A DNA stretch of 64,000 bases. It comes from Vulcanimicrobiota bacterium (lineage in GTDB: Bacteria; Vulcanimicrobiota; Xenobia; Xenobiales; QWHO01). The stretch spans positions 31,470 through 95,469 of the forward strand of contig JBDHVW010000011.1 of NCBI GenBank assembly GCA_039809865.1. The letters run 5' to 3'. How positions within the stretch are numbered: the first letter of the stretch is position 1; each line of letters starts with the position of its first letter. Positions 45,549 to 54,810 of this stretch are shown one piece after another. The position numbers were made by a program, and so were the translations under genes. Under the pieces are notes generated by a model. That model was not told the origin of the DNA. It did no database searches and worked only from the letters and a program-made list of their open reading frames with translations.

Positions 45549-45638
45549 AAGCTTGTTAACAAACATTTCATCTAACCCGCTGGTCCCCCCTCTATCCTCT
45601 GGGCGTACAGAAATACCCAGATTTTGAGGAGTCTCGTC

Positions 45639-46796
45639 GTGAACGTAACCGCCGCCACCCTGCCCGTGGTCCCGCAGGAGAAGAAGAAATGGACCATCCT
45701 GCAGTATTCGGCTGCCGATAACAACCTGCAGAGCTTCATGCTCGACGACATCGACGAGATGGAGAAGGTCGGGTCGGACGAAAACACCAATCTGGTCGTC
45801 CAGGTGGATACCGGCCGGCAAATGCGCCGCATCCTGCTCCAGCCCGACGCCAACAAGGGCATCGCCTCGCCCTCGGTCGAAGAGGGCGGCGAAATCAACA
45901 TGTCCGACCCCAAGACGCTGACCGACTTCATCGAGTGGGGCGTCAAGAACTATCCGGCCGAGCACTACATGCTGGTCATCTCCGACCACGGCGACGGCTA
46001 CAAGGGTGCCTGCCAGGACGTGAGCGCCGGCGGCTGGATGAGCCTCAAGGAGATTCACAAAGGCCTGGCCGACGCCGAAGCCAGGACCGGCGTCAAGCTG
46101 GACATCCTCGGCTTCGACGCCTGCAACATGGCCGGTACCGAAGTGGCCTACGAGCTCAAGGACCGCGCCAACTACCTGATCGCCTCGCAGAAAACCGAGG
46201 GCGGCGCCGGCTGGACCTACGACCAGTGGCTCGGCGGCAAGCATTCCTGGCTCGCCAAGGGCGGCGCGGCCGACGTCCAGAAGCGCCTCAGCCTGCGTGT
46301 CGACTGCTCGCCCGAGGAGTTGGCGCGCGGCATCGTGGCCGGCACGGCCGCCTACGACGACTGCATCCAGACCCTGTCGGCCACCGACCTCACCCGGATG
46401 GGTCAGGTCAAGAACTCGCTCGAGGAGTTCAGCAAGGCCATCCTGGCCACCGACACGTCGGTCTGGAAGCTCAAGAAGGTCACCTGGGGCACCCAGAGCT
46501 TCGAGGGCCACAAAGACGCCTATGACTGGGCGGAGCGCATCGCCGGGCACGAAGGCATTCAGGACCAGCGCCTGAAGTCGGCCGCCACCGGCCTGATGCA
46601 GTCGATCGACGACGCCGTCATCGAGGAGCACCACCACGCGTCGCACACCGGCGCGCACGGCCTGACCCTGGAGATCCCGGCCTTCTGGGCGCCGGGCGGC
46701 GAGTACAAAGAGCTCGCGCTGCAGAAGGACACGCACTGGGCCGACGCCCAGCGTCAGCTCACGCGCTGGTGGACGAAACCCCGCCCTATCGACTAG
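45639..46796 (+). CDS. Peptidase C11 (clostripain-family) cysteine protease
   Basis: GAGGAG RBS before the GTG. Catalytic His '[12 protein letters not shown]' and Cys '[13 protein letters not shown]'. Confidence 0.8.
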   Translation: MNVTAATLPVVPQEKKKWTILQYSAADNNLQSFMLDDIDEMEKVGSDENTNLVVQVDTGRQMRRILLQPDANKGIASPSVEEGGEINMSDPKTLTDFIEWGVKNYPAEHYMLVISDHGDGYKGACQDVSAGGWMSLKEIHKGLADAEARTGVKLDILGFDACNMAGTEVAYELKDRANYLIASQKTEGGAGWTYDQWLGGKHSWLAKGGAADVQKRLSLRVDCSPEELARGIVAGTAAYDDCIQTLSATDLTRMGQVKNSLEEFSKAILATDTSVWKLKKVTWGTQSFEGHKDAYDWAERIAGHEGIQDQRLKSAATGLMQSIDDAVIEEHHHASHTGAHGLTLEIPAFWAPGGEYKELALQKDTHWADAQRQLTRWWTKPRPID

Positions 46797-47274
46797 CCTC
46801 GAACTTCAGGCAGGCCGAGTTGATGCAATAGCGCAGGTTGGTTGGCGCCGGGCCGTCCGGAAAGACGTGCCCCAGGTGCCCGCCGCAGTTGGCGCACAGC
46901 ACCTCCGTGCGGGTCATCCCCCAGCCGGTGTCGGACTCCTCGGCCACGCTGCCGAGGCGGAACGGCTGCCAGAAGCTGGGCCAACCCGTCCCCGAATCGA
47001 ACTTGTGCTGGCTGTCGAACAGCACCTGCCCGCAGGCGACGCACAGGTAGCGACCCTCGTCGTGGTTGTTGTAGTACTTGCCCGTGAAGGCGCGCTCGGT
47101 GCCCCGCTGACGCAGGATGTGGAACTGCTGGGCGGAGAGCTGCTTCTTCCACTCCTCGTCGGACTTCTGGACCGGGAAGGTCGTCGTGCGCTCCTGCGCC
47201 TTGAGGTTGGCGTGGCGCTGCCACAGGAGAAACAGCCCGACGATGGCGATGACGATGCCGATTCTGATAAGCAT
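46786..47274 (-). CDS. msrB: Peptide-methionine (R)-S-oxide reductase with an N-terminal membrane anchor
   Basis: Two CxxC pairs ('CVACGQ' and '[12 protein letters not shown]') and 'GWPSF'. Classic MsrB (SelR) motifs. Confidence 0.9.
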   Translation of the reverse strand: MLIRIGIVIAIVGLFLLWQRHANLKAQERTTTFPVQKSDEEWKKQLSAQQFHILRQRGTERAFTGKYYNNHDEGRYLCVACGQVLFDSQHKFDSGTGWPSFWQPFRLGSVAEESDTGWGMTRTEVLCANCGGHLGHVFPDGPAPTNLRYCINSACLKFEASR

Positions 47275-47314
47275 GATAACAGCTTAACAGCTCGAAGAGA
47301 CGATTGGTTCCCGC

Positions 47315-50300
47315 CTACTCGGGGGGCTTGGGTCCCTGGCGATCCGGGTCGGCTTTGGTCAAGATCGGGCGGCGCCCCGTGCCGAAAGGCGTGGTGGGCG
47401 CTCCCTTCTGGCCTTCGCCGCTGTCGGGGGCGGGGAACTCGGTGCGCGGAGCGGCCCCGAACTCGGTGCGCGTGGAGCGGGCCGGGGTGGGAGCTTCCTC
47501 CTCGGTGTTGGGCACGCCCACGCCGCCGACCTCGTCCTCGAAGGAAACGGGTGGAGCGTCCTCAACCGGCTCGGAGCTGGGCGGCGGTGCACCCGGAGGC
47601 GTGGAAGCGCCGGTGCCGGGTCGCACGTTGGGCAGGGTGGGAGGCTTGCCGGGCAAGGAGCTCAAGGGCTTGTTGCCGCCGATGGTGGCTGCCGGAGGCT
47701 TGTTGCCGGTGGGCAGCCCGCCCAGCGGCTTGTTGCTAAAAGAGCTCAACGACGACGGCGGCTTGGGGCCACCGGGCGGAGTGCTGCTCAAGGGCTTGTT
47801 GACCGCCGACGTCAGGGGAGACGTCGCGGGAGTCGTGGGCGGCTTGACGGTCGGCGGAGTGACCGGGGCCGTGGGCGGCTTGACCAGCGGAGACGGCAGC
47901 CGGGTGGTCTCCACCAGGCCCGAGCTGGGCGGCTTGACCGAGCCGGACGGCGGCGGCGCGAACGACGGCGTCTTCACCGCCGGACCGACCGACGAGGGCG
48001 GGCCCGCCTCGAACGAGGGGGCGCCGGGGACCTCGATGGACGGCTCCACCGCGTGCTCGGGCATGGCGAACGCCGGGGTCTCGGAGGCGGCGTGCGCCCC
48101 CTCCTCTTCCTCGTGCGCGATGGGACCCTTGATCTGGGAGGTCAGCTCCATCGACGACGTGTCGGGAACCTGACCGCCCCACTGGTTGCGCAGCTTCTTG
48201 GCCAGCGAGGTGACGCGCTCGAGCAGGTTGCGGCCCGCCTCGGCCCGCTCCTCGCCGGGAGCCTCATCCAGCTCGAACGGATCCACGCCCAGGTCCTCGA
48301 GCTTCTTGAAGACCGAGGCCATCTCGGCCTTGGGATCGAGGAAGTAGAGCGAGCCGCGCAGGCGGATGAAACGCCAGCCCATGCGGGTCAGCACCACCTC
48401 GCGGTAAATGTCGGCCGGCAGCTTCTCGGGCGGATACTCGCTCTCGCCGTAGCACTTGATGGCCACGCGGCCACCTTTGCCCTCCACGATGAGATCGAGC
48501 TGGTAGGAGCCGACTGGCTGGTGGATGTTGACCCGATAGCCGGCCTTCCGCAGCCACTCGCCGACCTTCTGATGGAACTCGTAATCGCTCTTGGGACCGC
48601 CCACCACCCGCTCGCGCTCGAGGTCGGGCGAGGGCGGGGCCAGCGTCGACGGGTCCCGGGCGAAGCGGATCAGCATCTCGCGCAGGTCGCCCTGCTTGAG
48701 GTGCTTCATCGGATCGAGCGAGTGGACCACCCACATCTGGTCGCGGGCGCGGCTGGCGGCCACGTTGAAGCGCTTCACGAAGACGTCGGAGCGACGGATG
48801 GCCACGGGGCCCTCGCCCTCGGGCGCGTCCACCATCGACAGGAAGATCACGTCGCGCTCGTCGCCCTGGAACTGGGCGGCGTTACCGCACACGATGCGAC
48901 GCCGGCGATACTCGGTGAGCGGCAGATGCTGCACCAGCAGTCGATCGATCAGTTTGGCCTGGTCGTCGCCCACCAGCGTCACCACGCCCATCGTGCAGTG
49001 GGCATATTCCGGCTGCATGGTGGCCGCCACGAGCAGCGAGGCCACTTCGAGCGCCTCGGGCTCGTTGACTTTGCGGTCGGAGCTGGCTTCTTGCAGGTAA
49101 TGGCTGACCGTGGGCGGCGTGACCTTGACCCCGTAGCCCTCGCGCAGCGGCAACACCTCGTAGTCGTAGCAGAGCGCGTTCGAGAACGCGATGATCTCGG
49201 GCACCGAGCGGAAGTGCTCCAGCAGGCGCAGCGAGCCGCCAAAGGACTGACGCGCCAGGTCGTAGACGCTGGTGGTGCCGTCGTAAAGCTCGCGGTTGGG
49301 GATGTCGGAGAGGAACTCGTCCGACAGCGCCTTGGCGAAGTGTTGGGCCTGCCCCACGCCCTCGGGCGATACCTGCTGGTGGTCGCCCACGACCAGGACC
49401 TGCTTGCCCAGAGCCAGCGCCGTCAAACCGCGCAGGTCGCACTGGGAGGCCTCGTCCAGGATGACCACGTCGAAGGCCGACTGGCCCGGCTGGAAGCTTT
49501 CGGCCACGCGCGAGAGCGGCATGATCCAGACCGGCACCGACTCGCGGCACTCGGCCAGCGACTCGCGGGCGGTCGCGCGCAGCTCGGCGGCGCGCTTGCC
49601 GGTGCCCGCGCCGACTTTGCGCATCAGGTCGAGCCAGCCGACCAGGGCCTGCTGCTGGCGCACGCCGGTGCGTCGCAGCTGGGCGGCCCAGGCCTGGTTC
49701 TCGACGTAGCGCACCGAGGTCTCTTGCAACGCGTCGCGCAGGCGGGTGCACTCCTTGTGCAACTCGTCGAGGTCTTCCTGACCGATCGCTTTGAGGGCGA
49801 GCTCCCAGCTCTTGTGTTTCCAGGCGCGCAGTGGATCGCCCGGAGGCTTGCCCTGGTCGTGCGGCGGGATGCGGGTCTGCAGCGCCGCCGCCCAATCGGG
49901 GGCGGCCACGCGCAGGCGCTCCAAGAGGTCGCGCCGGCGCTCGTACTTCTCGACGTGGCGGGTGAGGTCGGCCACGCGGTTCCAGGCCGCCGAATAGGCC
50001 TGGGCGTCGCGATCGTTGGCCGCCTTCTTGATCTTGTAGCCCAGCGTGGTGGGATTCTGGGTGGACGGATTCTCGTTGAGATAGTCCAGCATCATCTGGA
50101 AGCGCGCAAAGAGCGGACGCCATTCCAGCTGGTCCATGCGGCGGTTGATGCCGGGTTCGACCACCTGCGCCAGCGCGGTTTTGATGCGCAAGAGCTCGCC
50201 GCCCTGCTCGGCGCTGGGCGCCACGGCCTCGAGCACCTTGTCCCAGGCCACCGAGCACTTCTTGAGAGCTTTCTCGATGGGACCGAAGAACTCGACCAGC

Positions 50301-52453
50301 CAGTTCAGCGCCAGGCGAATCTGGCGGGCGTACTGCTGGCACACGGCCTCGGGGTGCTCGCCCAGCTGATCCGACGAAGGCACGCCGCGGCCCGTCATCT
50401 GGCGGTCCCAGCGACGGCGCAGGCCTTCGCGGCGAATGCGCAACTGCAGTAAGGCGTGCAGGGCCTGGAAGTGGTCCAGCGTGCTGGGGCGCGCGCCGTC
50501 CACCCGGGCCGAGTCGAGGAACTTCTTCCAGTTGGGCTTGAGCAGCGTCTGCTGCCACCCGACCGAGCGCCCCGACTCGACCAGCGCGATCAGCGCGGTG
50601 CAAATCTTCTCGGCCTCGGCGTCGGGCATGTCGGTGTTGAGCACCGGCCCGGCCTGGAACACGCGCCGCTCGAGCGAAGCGGTCTCGGCCACGACCTTCT
50701 CGATGTAGTCGGCCAGGTCTTCCCACGACTGGCGGTACTCCTCGCCCACGCGCACCGACCAGGCGCAGTCGAGGAACCACGGCTCGGCGCCCGACAACGA
50801 CTCCAGCGCGGCCCGGGTGACCTTGAGCAGCGACTGCAAATCTTCGGGGTCTTGCTGGTCGTTGGCCCAGATGACGCCCGGATCGCTCGGGTTGGGGCCC
50901 AGGCGACCCTCCAGCTCCAGCATGTGGCGCAGCCGGTTCTCGGAGACGATGCGATCGAGCGGCGGCAGGTTGCCGGCCAGCTCCTTCTCGTCGATGGTGG
51001 TGAACTGGTCGTGGAAGCCGTACAGCTCGGCGATCTCCTCCACGCTGAGCGGAAGCGGCGCGCCGCCTTCGACCGAGCCGGGAATCCAGTCGTGGGCTCC
51101 CCGCCCCTCGGCCACCGCGCGAGCCGCGTTGACCGGGTGGATGGCCTCGCTGCCGAGCAGCCCTGCCGTGCTGTACTCCTGGCGGCACGAGTCGAGCAAG
51201 CGCTGCTCGGCCTGGCGGAGGCGGTCCTTGAGCTCGGTGCGCCGCCGCTCGTAGCTGTCGGCCAGCTTGGTCATCTCCTCGGGGTCGCTGTGGGTGAAGC
51301 GGTCCACGATGCCTTTGACCGAGATCTCCAGCTGCTCGCGGCTCTCCTGGTCGTTGTCGAGCACGCTGACGCAAAGCGGGCGGAGAGCGGGCGAAACCAT
51401 GCCGCGCAGCACGCGCAGGGCCTTGGTCGTGTGCGAGGTGACCAGCACGGTCTTTCCCTCGGCCAGCAGGTGGCCGATCAGGTTGGCGATGGTGTGCGTC
51501 TTGCCGGTTCCGGGCGGTCCCTGGACCAGCACGCAACCCATCTTGTCCAGACGTTCGCCGACGCGCTCTTGCTCGGGGTTGGATGGCAGCGTGTAGAGCA
51601 GCTCGAAGGGCCGGTCGGTCTGGCGACCCGGAGCCCGGTCCTCGATGCCGACGATCCGCACCAGAGCGGGCGGGAGCTCTTTCAGGTTGGGCAGGATCTC
51701 GAGGAAGCCCTCGATGGCTTGCGTCAGGCCCAGATGGCGCTGCCCCAGGTAAACCACGGCCTCGGACGCCAGCCAGGGGCGACCCTGGGGAGGCGTGGCC
51801 AGACCGCCAGGGCCGACGTAGTTGATGCCCAGGATCTTGGCGAGCCCCTCGAGCAGCACCTGAGAGCCCGCCTCGTAGGTGTGCGCCTCGAGGAAGCGTC
51901 GGCAGCTGCCGATGCGATTGCCGTCGACGCCGGACCAGTGCAGCACGGCGCTGTATAGCTCGGCGCCCCGGTCGGCCTCGCGCAGAGTGAACTCGGGGAT
52001 CTCGGGGTTGAAGTCGATCGACAGGCTCCAGACCGCGAGGGGATGGTAAACGGTTCCTTTGCCCGAGGTCCAGGCGAGCACGGCCTGGCCGAACATCAGC
52101 TCATAACGATCCGATTCGCGCTCGAGCAGGCGCCAGACTTCGAGCAGCCGGTCGAAGAGCTGACGGGCGCCGCGATCAGCCGGAGTGGCCGCTTCGGGCC
52201 GGGCCGGGGGAGTGGGACGGCGGACCTTGAGAACAAAATCGCTGGAAGGATCGTCTATACCCGGTGTGGGGACCGGGATGCGGCCGACCACGAGACAGGG
52301 GTGCTTGGGCAAGTCGGAAATGCGCAGCCCCCACGGGTGATCCTTGAGGTGGATCCTCGGTGGATGAGCTGCCTGCTGCAATCCGGACAAAAAGCGGAAT
52401 AGCCGGAAGATCCGGTCCCGCGCCAGGGCCTGTTCTTCGTGCGAGAGTGCCAT
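47315..52453 (-). CDS. Giant DUF4011-type protein: an Upf1-like superfamily-1 helicase (AAA_11/AAA_12) fused to a DUF559 (Vsr/PD-(D/E)XK-like) endonuclease domain, with a ~280-aa Pro/Thr-rich C-terminal tail
   Basis: Walker A 'VQGPPGTGKTHTI'. Helicase motifs 'VVILDEASQ', 'VVGDHQQVSP' and 'RIVCGNAAQFQGDERDVIFLSMV'. C-terminal 'VNIHQPVGSYQLDLIVE...VAIKCYGESEYP' is DUF559-like. A low-complexity KPP/TPP tail follows. Confidence 0.85.
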   Translation of the reverse strand: MALSHEEQALARDRIFRLFRFLSGLQQAAHPPRIHLKDHPWGLRISDLPKHPCLVVGRIPVPTPGIDDPSSDFVLKVRRPTPPARPEAATPADRGARQLFDRLLEVWRLLERESDRYELMFGQAVLAWTSGKGTVYHPLAVWSLSIDFNPEIPEFTLREADRGAELYSAVLHWSGVDGNRIGSCRRFLEAHTYEAGSQVLLEGLAKILGINYVGPGGLATPPQGRPWLASEAVVYLGQRHLGLTQAIEGFLEILPNLKELPPALVRIVGIEDRAPGRQTDRPFELLYTLPSNPEQERVGERLDKMGCVLVQGPPGTGKTHTIANLIGHLLAEGKTVLVTSHTTKALRVLRGMVSPALRPLCVSVLDNDQESREQLEISVKGIVDRFTHSDPEEMTKLADSYERRRTELKDRLRQAEQRLLDSCRQEYSTAGLLGSEAIHPVNAARAVAEGRGAHDWIPGSVEGGAPLPLSVEEIAELYGFHDQFTTIDEKELAGNLPPLDRIVSENRLRHMLELEGRLGPNPSDPGVIWANDQQDPEDLQSLLKVTRAALESLSGAEPWFLDCAWSVRVGEEYRQSWEDLADYIEKVVAETASLERRVFQAGPVLNTDMPDAEAEKICTALIALVESGRSVGWQQTLLKPNWKKFLDSARVDGARPSTLDHFQALHALLQLRIRREGLRRRWDRQMTGRGVPSSDQLGEHPEAVCQQYARQIRLALNWLVEFFGPIEKALKKCSVAWDKVLEAVAPSAEQGGELLRIKTALAQVVEPGINRRMDQLEWRPLFARFQMMLDYLNENPSTQNPTTLGYKIKKAANDRDAQAYSAAWNRVADLTRHVEKYERRRDLLERLRVAAPDWAAALQTRIPPHDQGKPPGDPLRAWKHKSWELALKAIGQEDLDELHKECTRLRDALQETSVRYVENQAWAAQLRRTGVRQQQALVGWLDLMRKVGAGTGKRAAELRATARESLAECRESVPVWIMPLSRVAESFQPGQSAFDVVILDEASQCDLRGLTALALGKQVLVVGDHQQVSPEGVGQAQHFAKALSDEFLSDIPNRELYDGTTSVYDLARQSFGGSLRLLEHFRSVPEIIAFSNALCYDYEVLPLREGYGVKVTPPTVSHYLQEASSDRKVNEPEALEVASLLVAATMQPEYAHCTMGVVTLVGDDQAKLIDRLLVQHLPLTEYRRRRIVCGNAAQFQGDERDVIFLSMVDAPEGEGPVAIRRSDVFVKRFNVAASRARDQMWVVHSLDPMKHLKQGDLREMLIRFARDPSTLAPPSPDLERERVVGGPKSDYEFHQKVGEWLRKAGYRVNIHQPVGSYQLDLIVEGKGGRVAIKCYGESEYPPEKLPADIYREVVLTRMGWRFIRLRGSLYFLDPKAEMASVFKKLEDLGVDPFELDEAPGEERAEAGRNLLERVTSLAKKLRNQWGGQVPDTSSMELTSQIKGPIAHEEEEGAHAASETPAFAMPEHAVEPSIEVPGAPSFEAGPPSSVGPAVKTPSFAPPPSGSVKPPSSGLVETTRLPSPLVKPPTAPVTPPTVKPPTTPATSPLTSAVNKPLSSTPPGGPKPPSSLSSFSNKPLGGLPTGNKPPAATIGGNKPLSSLPGKPPTLPNVRPGTGASTPPGAPPPSSEPVEDAPPVSFEDEVGGVGVPNTEEEAPTPARSTRTEFGAAPRTEFPAPDSGEGQKGAPTTPFGTGRRPILTKADPDRQGPKPPE

Positions 52454-52563
52454 CGGCTAGCAGTGAATATTCTTCGTTTGTTGCAGGTACACCTTTGCCC
52501 TATCGCCAGTTCGGCGATTCTTACCCGGTAACCTGCGAGGACAAACAAGAATTGTCACGCCAT

Positions 52564-54810
52564 TCACGCACTCGCAGGCGATGGAGAGGTCCGTGGATAG
52601 TCTCGTCCTGATCCAAGAAAGCCCTTATTGATCGCATCCACGCGGTTTCGGGGCTCGTAGCGCACCCCGTGGATCGAATCCAGCAGGCGCACCTGCGTGC
52701 CCGGATTCTCGCGAAAAAACCGCGCCAGGTCGCCGCGGGTGATCTGGTAGAGCTGACAGCTCTCCTCGGCTCGCGCTCCGAACTGGTGCCGCTCGACTTT
52801 CAGGAAGCGATCGGGCTCTCCGACCAGGCCGCCCCGCCCCACCAGCATGGAGTGCCCGTCGGGCGACAGTAAGCGCACGTGGCCCTGATCGACCAGAAAG
52901 TAGCGCGTCACGGGGTCGCCCGGCTTGAAAAGCCAGGCGCCGGCGGCGGCCTCGTCGTGGTTGAGCAAGATCGTGAGCTGGTTCTTCTGCAGAGCGGTCA
53001 TCTGGCGCAGCACGCGGTTGGCGTCGAACAGCTGCCAGGAGCCCAGCACGCGGTTATCCGCCAGGCGCCGGAAAAGGTCGGGAATCTTGGTGTCGCGGAT
53101 GAAGCCCAGGAAATCGCGCCGGTCCATCCAGAGAAGCTCCACGTCGGTGCGCGCCACCAGGTCGGCGGCGCGGGGCTCCTGGAGAATGAGAGCCCGCTCA
53201 CCGAAGTAGTCGTAACGACCAAAAATGTAGCGGTGCTCTGAATCGGGGGTGATCTCCACCTCGCCCGACATCACCATGTAGAAACGATCGCCTCGCTCCC
53301 CTTTGCGAAAGAGCACGTCGCCCGCATCCAGCTCCTGGTAGTGCGTCACCTGCAGGAACTCGTGGGCGCGCTCGAGCGGCATGCTGCGGAACATGTCGAT
53401 GTGCGCCAGCACGTCCAGCATCTTCTGAGCCAGGCTGGTCTGGGGAGGCTCCACCGGGATCTCGATGGTGCGCTCGGGCCCGGGCGGAGCCAGGCGCAGG
53501 CCCTGGTCGGTGGGGATGGCCGACTCGGAGACGTGCATCAGGTAGAGCCGCGCCTTGACCTCCTCGGGCAGCGCCGCCAGGACTTCGATGGGCGTGTGGA
53601 TGGGCGGGACGCCGGCTTCGTGGAACAGCACGTCCAGGTGCCAGGGGAAATCGAGCAGAGCCTGCTTGCGCTCCTGGCTGAGATAGCCCTGGGTGTGCAG
53701 GTCGCCCAGGCGCACCGGGTCATAGAGCGTGTCGCAGCTGTAGGCGAAGCCCTTGCCCTGGTACTCCACATGGAATCCCAGCGTGGGGATGGGATGGAAC
53801 GTGTAGTGGAACGTGAACATCGCGCCGCCGATGCGCAGCGGTTGCCCGATGATCACCGGCCGGAAAGCAAAAAGGCTGCGCAACTCGGCCCGGGTAAAAT
53901 CGGTCAGAGCGGAATACTTGGTGAGGAAGCTCTGCATCACGGTCTCGGTCGTGTGCAGCCGCACGCGCCCTTCTTCCAGGAGCTTCTGCATCGTGCCGGA
54001 GTCGTGGTCGGCGTGGCAGTGGGTCAGCACCACGTCCTGGATAAGCCGATTGTTGATTCCATTGGCTTTCAGCCAGGCCGTGGCGTTGACCGGAGGGTCC
54101 ACCATGACCCCCTTCTGGTCTACCCACAGGATGAAGCCCGAGGTGGAGGTGGCGGCGTCGAAGCCGTGGCCGCTGCCGATCACGGTGATGCCGAACACGG
54201 GCGGCATCCAGAGCGGGTGGGCACATTCCTCCTCCGCGCGTGGCCGGGCGGAGCGGTAGCCGAACACCACCTCCTGGGTTTGCTCCCCCGACTGCACGCG
54301 GTAGGAGCTGGCCGCGACGCGCTCGATGACGTGCCCGTCGACCGCGATCCGGTCGTTCTCGTCGAACGTCTGGACCTTCAGGAAATGCTTCAGGCGCAGC
54401 TTGCCGAGCACCGGATCCTTCTTGAAGAACGACATCTCGCGCTCGAGGTCGGGAAATCCGGCCGATTGGCGGCCGTCGGGGAACTCGCGCTCGAGCTCGA
54501 GGCGGCGGGGTCCGAACAGTGCCTCGCAAAGCACCCTCAGAATGCGGCGCACCTGGCCCTTGCGGCACAACAGGCGCAACTTGCGGCGCTGCACGTAAAA
54601 GTTGTAGTAGAGCGGAAACTCGAGCTCGGCGGCACTGACCCCGGCCTCGGTGTCGAAGAGCAGATCGGGCAGCAGATACAGGTCTGGCACGCCCTCGGCC
54701 AGCTGCATGGTGTCCTTGATGGTCTCCGGATAGGCCCCCACCTGCATCCTGAGCCCTGGACCCGTAACCAGCAATCCTCCCCGGGGCAGCTCCTCGAGCT
54801 TAAGGAACAT
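52564..54810 (-). CDS. MBL-fold metallo-hydrolase fused to two cyclic-nucleotide-binding (cNMP/CAP-like) domains
   Basis: 'LTHCHADHDSG' (HxHxDH). Two cNMP-binding-like segments near the C-terminus: 'GDVLFRKGERGDRFYMVMSGEV' and 'GAWLFKPGDPVTRYFLVDQGHV'. Confidence 0.75.
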   Translation of the reverse strand: MFLKLEELPRGGLLVTGPGLRMQVGAYPETIKDTMQLAEGVPDLYLLPDLLFDTEAGVSAAELEFPLYYNFYVQRRKLRLLCRKGQVRRILRVLCEALFGPRRLELEREFPDGRQSAGFPDLEREMSFFKKDPVLGKLRLKHFLKVQTFDENDRIAVDGHVIERVAASSYRVQSGEQTQEVVFGYRSARPRAEEECAHPLWMPPVFGITVIGSGHGFDAATSTSGFILWVDQKGVMVDPPVNATAWLKANGINNRLIQDVVLTHCHADHDSGTMQKLLEEGRVRLHTTETVMQSFLTKYSALTDFTRAELRSLFAFRPVIIGQPLRIGGAMFTFHYTFHPIPTLGFHVEYQGKGFAYSCDTLYDPVRLGDLHTQGYLSQERKQALLDFPWHLDVLFHEAGVPPIHTPIEVLAALPEEVKARLYLMHVSESAIPTDQGLRLAPPGPERTIEIPVEPPQTSLAQKMLDVLAHIDMFRSMPLERAHEFLQVTHYQELDAGDVLFRKGERGDRFYMVMSGEVEITPDSEHRYIFGRYDYFGERALILQEPRAADLVARTDVELLWMDRRDFLGFIRDTKIPDLFRRLADNRVLGSWQLFDANRVLRQMTALQKNQLTILLNHDEAAAGAWLFKPGDPVTRYFLVDQGHVRLLSPDGHSMLVGRGGLVGEPDRFLKVERHQFGARAEESCQLYQITRGDLARFFRENPGTQVRLLDSIHGVRYEPRNRVDAINKGFLGSGRDYPRTSPSPASA

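Noticed and set aside
45549-46736. Upstream 2/3 of the 568-aa reverse ORF 45030-46736
   Set aside because: It is antisense to the well-supported C11 protease gene. Only the 3' 519 bp (the macro domain) is coding.
48053-51958. ORFs 48053-50452 (+), 50456-51958 (+), 48882-51536 (-) within the helicase gene
   Set aside because: Alternative or antisense frames of the 1712-aa helicase. They have none of the Walker or helicase motifs present in the chosen frame.
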